Below, piece by piece: positions 57,335 through 64,000 of a stretch of DNA of 64,000 nt. Below the pieces are notes generated by a model. It did no database searches, had not been told where the DNA came from, and saw only the letters and a program-made list of their open reading frames with translations. Source of the stretch: Camelus dromedarius (lineage: Eukaryota). A program made the position numbers and the translations under genes. Every line of letters starts with the position of its first letter. Within the stretch, counting starts at the first letter, position 1. The stretch lies in NCBI RefSeq assembly GCF_036321535.1, contig NC_087436.1, positions 28,274,001-28,338,000 of the forward strand, in the 5' to 3' direction.

Positions 57335-58168
57335 ATGGCTACTTATGGCATAATTTTTAAGAATTTAGGCTAGTGGGTCTTGAAGTTCTGGATTGGGACA
57401 TTGCTTTACTTAATATTTTGATCATGCCTAACTACACAGGGCAACTGTCAAGTAAGTTTCATAATAGCCAGAAGAAATGCCTCTAATCCAATTGGTCATA
57501 GGGCAGCTATCACCAAAACCAATTTCTTTATAATTAAAAGGTGCTCCCAGGCACTGTAAAAACTTGGAAGTTGCCCATGGATTTTGGGGGAAGAAGGAGG
57601 ATTTTTTTTCATAGACAGCAACCACATTGAAGCAATTTCTGAAACACACTGATAAGCTTTGCTTTTGAATTTACATTAAAAAGCTCAATAGTTGGTACCT
57701 GTGAGAACAGCTCACACTTCTAAACTGACTCATGTCCTGTAGAGATTAAGGACAGAGGCCTCTAGAAGATTAGCATGTCACTTGGTTTAAGTGACACACA
57801 ATCCATTTTATTGACATGGACTCCATCCTGCAAAACAAGCACTTTTTGACTGAAACATAATGAAAATTCGGTGTGCTTTATAGACCAGCATACAACACAT
57901 TTCTACACATTAGTGCTAGCTAATGGAGGTAGTGTCTGTAAATGAAACCAGCAGTGCTCATTATGGATGGTGTGTAGGCATTTGCCTCAGAATACTAATT
58001 CAGTGGAACATACCCAAGGAGCTTTACATTATTTTTTAATTTTGCCCAAGTCTAGCTATGGTCCAAAGTTATTAAGCTGTATTCATTGAATTCGGCAGGC
58101 TATTACTTTGCATTGTTACAATTCCTATTGCATCTCGGCATTCAATTGTGAAGCCAAACAAGCTTTGA
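57335..58168 (+). pseudogene. EBLG: Bornavirus-like glycoprotein fossil, internally deleted
   Basis: FRLVGL (57364) ~ FDLQGL; CLTTQGNCQVSFI (57425-57463) ~ CHTPTENVISCEVSYL; HCK...GFWG (57552-57590) ~ HCKTYWGFFG; LSDTQSILLTWTP (57787-57825) ~ LSDGSTLTYTP; LANG ~ LTNG; PSLAMV ~ PSFAFL; hydrophobic C-terminus GRLLLCIVTIP followed by a short tail ending TGA 58166-58168. Confidence 0.75.
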
Positions 58169-58202
58169 TTTGACTTCTAATTGTTTGTTTTCAGCAGCTT
58201 CA

Positions 58203-58572
58203 ACCTGGGCTTGTTGCTTCTGTGTGGAGCTGAAAGAACATCAGTGGGTAGGTAAAGAGTTCTCTCGTTTTATACTTTTAATGCCATTCTAACACAAAGT
58301 GTGGTCTGGAGTCCACCTCTGTTAGGACAGAGCTGATAACAGAGATGTGAAACATTACTGAATTTAAAATGTGCAACTATGTTGAAGAGCTGACAGTTTA
58401 TAACATTTCTCCCAGCTACCTGGACTTCATTATTGTGAGGAAATAAGCCTGTGTTAACACCTTGGAAAATCATTCTACCAAGGTTTCTCTTATGTATTTG
58501 ATCTATAACATAAGAACACTGCATGTTCTGAGGTTGAAACAGAACAGAAGCTGGCCCACCATAGCATTTTAG
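58203..58572 (+). pseudogene. EBLM: Bornavirus-like matrix protein fossil
   Basis: CVELKEHQWV (58221-58250) ~ YVELKDKVIV; HY*I*NVQ ~ DYFTIDVE; ELTVY ~ SLSVY; HSTKVSLMYLIYNIRTL ~ HAINAAFNVFSYRLRNI with identical spacing; NRSWP ~ DIRSSGP; TAG at 58570-58572. Confidence 0.78.
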
Positions 58573-58999
58573 GAAGATTTCATTAGAGACAACATATTAC
58601 ACAGCATGAAAACCATCATTTCCACAAACTGTATCCACTATTTTTTAAAATTTGGAAATACATTTATAGAGACGGAGGGTAAGAAAAATACAACATGTTG
58701 TACCACAATTTATGTTAATCACTTTGAGTTAAATCACTTTAACTTAAAGTAAAACTTAAATTACAATAACCCATATTATTAAAACTGGGTCAAACACCTG
58801 AATTATGATAGAAAGGTCCTTTTTTAAATACCTATTATTTTTTACAATACAATAATTATTTTTTTTGGTTATTTTCCATATTGAAACATATGTTTTGTTT
58901 GTTCTATTTTTGTTGGTTTCTTCCTTCACTTCATTTATCATATCAAACATGGAAGTTAATCCTTAAGGCTACTGAGCACCTGAATACTTAAAAGCAATT

Positions 59000-61900
59000 A
59001 CCACTAGTTATTGCTTCTCGTTTAGTTTCAGGTATTAGGACTAAAATTGGTCAGCAGAACAACTAAATCTAGACAGATGAGAACAAACTAGTTCACTTGA
59101 AATAAGCCCTTTGAGTATGAAGATCTTTCAATTTAATCCTTCAGTAATAAACTCTGGAGAGCATGGATGGCTACCTTTCTTGATCTTCTTGGGATTTACT
59201 CAGAGTTAGCTCTGGACTGTTATTTGATGCAGCCCACAGTTTCTGTGGAATTTGTCCCATGAGACTCATGGTCATTTGTGGATGTTCAGGTTCACTAGCA
59301 CAGTGCAGTCAGAGGGAATATCACCAGACCACAGGGGAATCTGAGTTTCGCCAGAAGCTTTATCTGTTACAGGACAAACTTCACACCTTTGAGACTCAGT
59401 TTCTCTCTCTCTGCAGTTAACTGGCTTTGTTATATAACACTTTCTGGTAATAAAATTTCATAATTTACCCTAACTTCCTATCTCAAGTGCAATCAGAGGT
59501 ATATTGAGTAAATTAATAAGGATCAATTCTTTGGCTCTCAGGATGAGCACCCTTTAAGTTATCTAAGCAGTTCACTCCAACAAGTTCATCAATCATGAGT
59601 TATTCAATTGGTAGAATGTAAGACCACAGAGTGCAACAAACTCAGGCATTTTTAGGTATACTTTTAGAGAATGTTTCCTCATCTTTTGGAAGAAAGATGT
59701 ATAATATAGCAAAAAGAGCACACGTAGAGACTTTGGAGAGGTTGTTTAAACTCTCTAAGCTCCAGTTTCCCACCTGCAATAAATTGGATGCACACATAGC
59801 CATACTATCATAGGGTGTTGTAAGGATTCAATAATATAACATGTTCAAAGTTTGGTTCACAGCAGAACTCAATTTGTTTATTTTCTCATCTATTTTGTTA
59901 CTGTTTCTGTTCAAATGTTTTCTTTGAATTAATGAAGAATTTGGGAAAATAGTCTGGGACTCACAAGTTGGAGTGTTGATCTTACTTTAGAATGTGAAAG
60001 TAGGATTTCTGAGGAAAGGATCAGGAATTGTGAGTTTTCTCCTCTCATGGCCAGCAATTATTCATGGATACTATTTGTTGTATTTGGGAAAAAATTCTGA
60101 TCCTGTGATGTATTCCTGATACTATCATCCCTGATTGTCTTCTTCCCACCCAAAAGAAAATTCTTCCAAGCATTCACAGGATTTTGCCAAAAAATTAGAC
60201 AGTAAAATAAAGAGAACAAGGATGGTGAAATAGGATGATTACAGACTTTTGTCATTGTTCTATTAAGTGATGTAATAGTCTGCACTTGTTAAAAACTGAA
60301 ATTATAAATCCTGATACAAGTGCATGTCCAGGATACATATTTGAGGCAAATCCTTGCAAAATGATTTTATTTGCACTGAAGAGGTATGCAACACTCTTTC
60401 ATAATACATCGGTACAGGAATAAACTCTGGATAATGATAGGTGGTAGAAAGAAAGAAGTTGAAGAGGAAAACATTTACTTTTGCCCTAATATCCTTGTAG
60501 ATAAATGTTAGAATTTTAATAGTATTACTTTTATAATTACAACAAAGTAGAGAAAACTTTGTCAAAGGAAATAATTTTTCTTAACCTTTTTGTTTGTTCC
60601 TTTGGGTAGAGGTGCACTTTTAAAGTGGCTGGAAGTAGAATGTGGATTTGGCCCCTGATAATTTCTCCTCCACCCAAGATCTGGGTGTCAGCAATGAGGG
60701 GAAGTTGCTATATGAGACAAGAGAAGTAATTTTGATCTTTACTCTTACAACAGAGCATAAACTCAAGGAAGAGAAATAGCAGAATCTGTGGAAACTCAGT
60801 AAGATAGAGAAAAGGCATTGGGAATTTAGAGGGATGGTAAAAAGCCTCACAAACTGGAATAGTCAACAGATAAATTGAGAAAAATATGTTTGAATTGCTA
60901 CAATACAAACCCTTCTCTGTCACCCTTAAATTTGCATTTAAATCTAAGCTGCTCATGGTCTGAGGACTATATCATCTCTCTCTCCATATCTCTATGTATC
61001 AGCTGACACCAGTGAAAGGACCAAATTTTTTTCTCTGAGATGACATACCACAAAATAAAAACAGCACGTGATTACAAGATCTGAGGGCAGAGTGTACAAC
61101 AGGAGTATGATTCTCTGTAAATTCAAAGACGTCCAAGGAAGTCAGTGAAATTCTCCAAAACGGGCAGTTTTAGGCACATCTATATAGGTTTCACACAGTA
61201 GAAAGGACACATCTGTTGTATTAGTTGCATTAAAAAACTAATAAAGTTTAAGATTCCTTATTTTTAAAAATTGGAGAAATTTTGGATATAATTGCCATGA
61301 AAATGAAAAACAAGCTGAACAATGGTAAAATACATAGATCTATTAAAAAGCAGTAAATCATCTAGTTCAGGATCAAAAGGTGAACAAACTTTACTCCTGG
61401 GCAAAGAAAAAATCAAAGTGAGGCTTAGAGAGCATGGTAAAAAGAATGAAATAAGAGTGCAAACTAGCCAGTGTAGATTTTGGTACAAGGGGGATATTTG
61501 GAGTTTCTGTTGGCCTTTTGGTTCCAAAGTTTTGGTAACTTGATTTCCTCTTGTGTTTTGCATGAGAGGCAGCTTTAGCTTTTGAGAAAAAATTGTGGCT
61601 CTGCCTAAATACATTTCAATCCAAAATCATAGATGAGAGGAAAACAGTGTTTTAAGTTTCTGTAAATGTTTCTTTACCTACAGGGTGCTTTCTTTAGGAA
61701 AGAAATGAGTAAGCTTAGTTAACTAATATCTAAGGATAACATGTTGATCTTAGAAGGACCAGATATATAACACCATCTTTCATATCTGAACTCAAATACA
61801 ATTGAGAGAGAGAGAGACTAAGGAGTTGAATAGATGGAGATCAAAACAGGACCTTTATTGCTGACAAAGTTAGGTCTTTAGAATGTGACTTAATTTGAGG

Positions 61901-62510
61901 GCCAAATAGACTCAATGTGAAATCCCAGTCTTTACCTTGGGATATTGTACAAATGAACATGTTTAGATTGAAAGCATCTGCATACTTCGCCAGGGACACC
62001 GCATTACCCAGTATGGGTTGTTGACTTTCCAGTAGTTAAGGAGTTAGGATAGCTTGGTTCTACCCAATTGAGATACAAGGGTCAATGGTTGTGATCCAAA
62101 GATCGGGTAAGAAGCCAGAGGATTACCCTAGAATATTGGCATTTAAAGAAGAAAATGAATAACCTATGGGTAAATGTGAGAATTTTCAAGTGGTTCCTAG
62201 ATACAGGATAGTTTTAAGGAAATATATTTTAATTCTTAATTCTTACCTTACATACCTTCTCTGTTTTAAAACTGATCTCCTTGAGAATGCTATTTTCAAA
62301 ACATGCCTTCTTCATCTTACAGAAGAAAAGCACAACATGCTTGCATCCAAATTTCACTAAAAGACATTGTTTAGGATCTGAAAATATCCATGGTGCCACA
62401 CAAATGACAGTCACTGAGAAGGTAACATATTGAAGAACACTTTCAGGAGTTATAACCAAAATGGAAATGACAAGCCATGGTGTTTACATGTCTTCTATTT
62501 TACAAAACCA
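59000..62510 (+). pseudogene. EBLL: Bornavirus-like L (RNA-dependent RNA polymerase) fossil, interrupted by a MIR and cut off by an L1
   Basis: RLVSGI (59019) ~ RPVAGI; IYSELALD..SVEF (59194-59253) ~ IVSAWKLD..SVRY; ILSKLIRINSLALRM (59501-59545) ~ LLKKLLQLDPVLLLM; KENKDGEIG*L-QTFVI (60209-60256) ~ KEKELKVKGRFFSKQTLAI; LKTEIINP ~ LKNEVMP; NSITFIITTK (60518) ~ DGVTCAVGTK; LAPDN (60648-60662) ~ LGQGDN; HKLKEE..FRG (60756-60833) ~ HNLKVEE..FRG; ADTS (61002); GTRGIFGVSV (61482) ~ GRDLVGVTM; RTFIADKVR..QSLPWDIV (61848-61949) ~ KSFLVDIR..QKLPWSIV; HG..LSGVITKMEM (62389-62469) ~ HG..LKMVVRKLKL. Confidence 0.88.
59689..59880 (+). mobile_element. MIR SINE inserted in the EBLL
   Basis: gactttggagaggttgtttaaactctctaagctccagtttcccacctgcaa...tcatagggtgttgtaaggattcaat matches the MIR core; flanked by tttcctcatcttttg (59674-59688) and ttttctcatctattttg (59881-59897). 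Confidence 0.8.
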
Positions 62511-63600
62511 ATCAAAACATATTCCAAAGTGCCCATAGCAACCTTTCCTTCAACCAGCAGTGTATAAGAATTTCTATTGTTAAACATTCTTGCCAACCAA
62601 TATGGTGAGTGTGCAGTGTTAGCTCATTGCGCTTTTAATTTGTATTTTTTCTGATAATAACCAATAAAATCAGACATTTTTCCACCTGGGCCATTTGAAT
62701 TTCTATTTTCAGTAAAATGCTCTGCCAGGTCTTCTGCCCACTTTTCTTTTTGAACACATGTATTTTTCTTACTTGTTTTGAATGCTCTTTATATTTTCTA
62801 AATCTAAACTCATGATAGCTAAATGTGTTTCAGATATCTTTTTATATTCAGAGACTTTGATGTTCCACTTAATTTTTATGAATCTTTTGATGAAGAAAAG
62901 TACTTTAATTTATCAGTTTTAGCCATTAAGCCATCTGAAATTAATTTTGGTAAAAGTACAGTAACATAATTTTTAAAACCTGTGTAAATAATTAATCCAT
63001 CAATATTTAGTGCATAGTCCATCTGATCCATTGATTTGCAGTGACAGCTCTGTTATAGCCATCTTCCATATGTGGGTCTGTTCCTTAGATCTTTATTCTG
63101 TTCCCCTATTTTATTTCCCTTTCTTTGTACCATTTCCACATAATCTTAAACATCTGTAGCTTTTTAATAAGTTGCTACATTTGGAACTAGAATAGTTTGT
63201 TCCTTCTTTCTCTCCTTTTAAGAAATCCTTTGTTGTCCTTGGTCTTTTGTTCTTCCAAATTAATTTTGGAATAAAGTTGTCAAGTATTACACATAATGTT
63301 GTGATTATAATTAGGACCATATTAAATCTATACCTCAATTTAGAGATAACCATCTTTATAATAGGATTTTTTACCTATATGATATACACTTTATTCAATC
63401 CATTCTAAGTGTCTTTCAATGAAATAGTTTTATTTTCTTTGAAAGATCTTTACAGTACTTTTGTTAGACTTACTTATAATTTCTTTTATTTGGGATACTG
63501 CTCTAAATGACACCTTTTAGATCATATATTCTAATTGTTTCTTGTTGGTATATAAAATTCATTCAGTTTTATTATATTAACCTTGTGTGTGGCAACTACA
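62510..63600 (-). mobile_element. Old L1M ORF2 fragment
   Basis: ttccaaagtg...ccagcagtgtataagaattt; ORF 63111-63353 gives FIPKLIWKNKRPRTTKDFLK, an ORF2-like segment; collinear with 17100-18400 of the young L1. Confidence 0.85.
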
Positions 63601-64000
63601 ATACTGACATTCATACAATCCACTGATCTTACTCCATTTTCCCCAGTTTTACATGTACTGGTGTGTTTGCATGTGTGTCTTTTTAGTTCTGTGTAATTTT
63701 ATTACACCTGCAGGTTTTTGTATCCACCACTACAGTTAAGATGTGGAACAGTTTCATCACCATGATGATGCTTCCTGTTACTTATTTATAACTACATTCA
63801 CCTACCTCCATTCCTTCCCCCAACCCCTCACAATTACAAATATCTTCTCCATTTCCATAATTTAACATTCTTAGGAAGTTATATAAATAAAATTGTACAG
63901 AATGTGACCTTTTAATATTGGCTTTTTTTTCACACAACATAATTCTCTGGAGGTTCTTGAAAGATTTTACATCATGTTTCAATAGTTTGTTCCTTTTTAT
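63600..64000 (-). mobile_element. L1MC-like 3' fragment running off the window
   Basis: tatccaccactacagttaagat...ttctccatttccataattt...ttttttcacacaacataattctctggagg. Confidence 0.75.

Larger units (their letters stand above)
57335..62510 (+). other. Endogenous bornavirus-like element spanning G-M-L (non-retroviral endogenous viral element)
   Basis: More than 20 collinear plus-strand peptide blocks resembling BoDV-1 G, M and L (see the three features below); by-eye alignment to recalled sequences, read through stops and frameshifts. Confidence 0.85.

Noticed and set aside
57600..58200. First read as a conserved enhancer-like block
   Set aside because: Better explained as the glycoprotein fossil; no conservation data available.
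60245..60445. Alternative placement of RdRp motif A (K*CN, about 60265) and motif B (RNKLW, about 60416)
   Set aside because: Distance to motif C is wrong; the other register (QTFVI, LKTEIINP, LD-MIG, ILVDK) keeps the expected spacing. This shows that single short matches here can be chance.
60058..61614. Cluster of five minus-strand ORFs (75-116 aa), including YLGRAT and LDDLLLF look-alike motifs
   Set aside because: Motif spacing does not fit a polymerase or RT; they are better explained as antisense shadows of the plus-strand L fossil.
61929..62000. LPWDIVQMNMF read as a Gypsy integrase PW..V.MD motif
   Set aside because: No zinc finger or DDE context; both flanks fit bornaviral L collinearly.

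Overview
AT-rich, CpG-poor mammalian genomic DNA, probably camelid (a Vic-1-type tRNA-derived SINE is present). No host protein-coding exon could be recognised. Most of the window is interspersed repeats: one full-length, fairly young LINE-1 on the minus strand (16390-23505, perfect 16-bp target-site duplication, disrupted ORF1/ORF2), two solo LTRs with 4-bp TSDs, many old L1, L2, MIR, MaLR/ERVL LTR and hAT fragments, and a fragmented ancient RTE-like LINE (about 38.8-41.1 kb). The main result is at about 57.3-62.5 kb. Hand translation of the plus strand through stops and frameshifts gives many collinear blocks resembling bornavirus glycoprotein (G), matrix (M) and polymerase (L), in the order G-M-L. 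That is the carbovirus/cultervirus order, not the orthobornavirus M-G-L order. A MIR SINE with a degenerate TSD sits inside the L fossil, which would make the viral integration very old. The protein comparisons are by eye against Borna disease virus 1 (BoDV-1) sequences recalled from memory and need BLASTx/HMM confirmation. Subfamily names and ends of old repeats are approximate.
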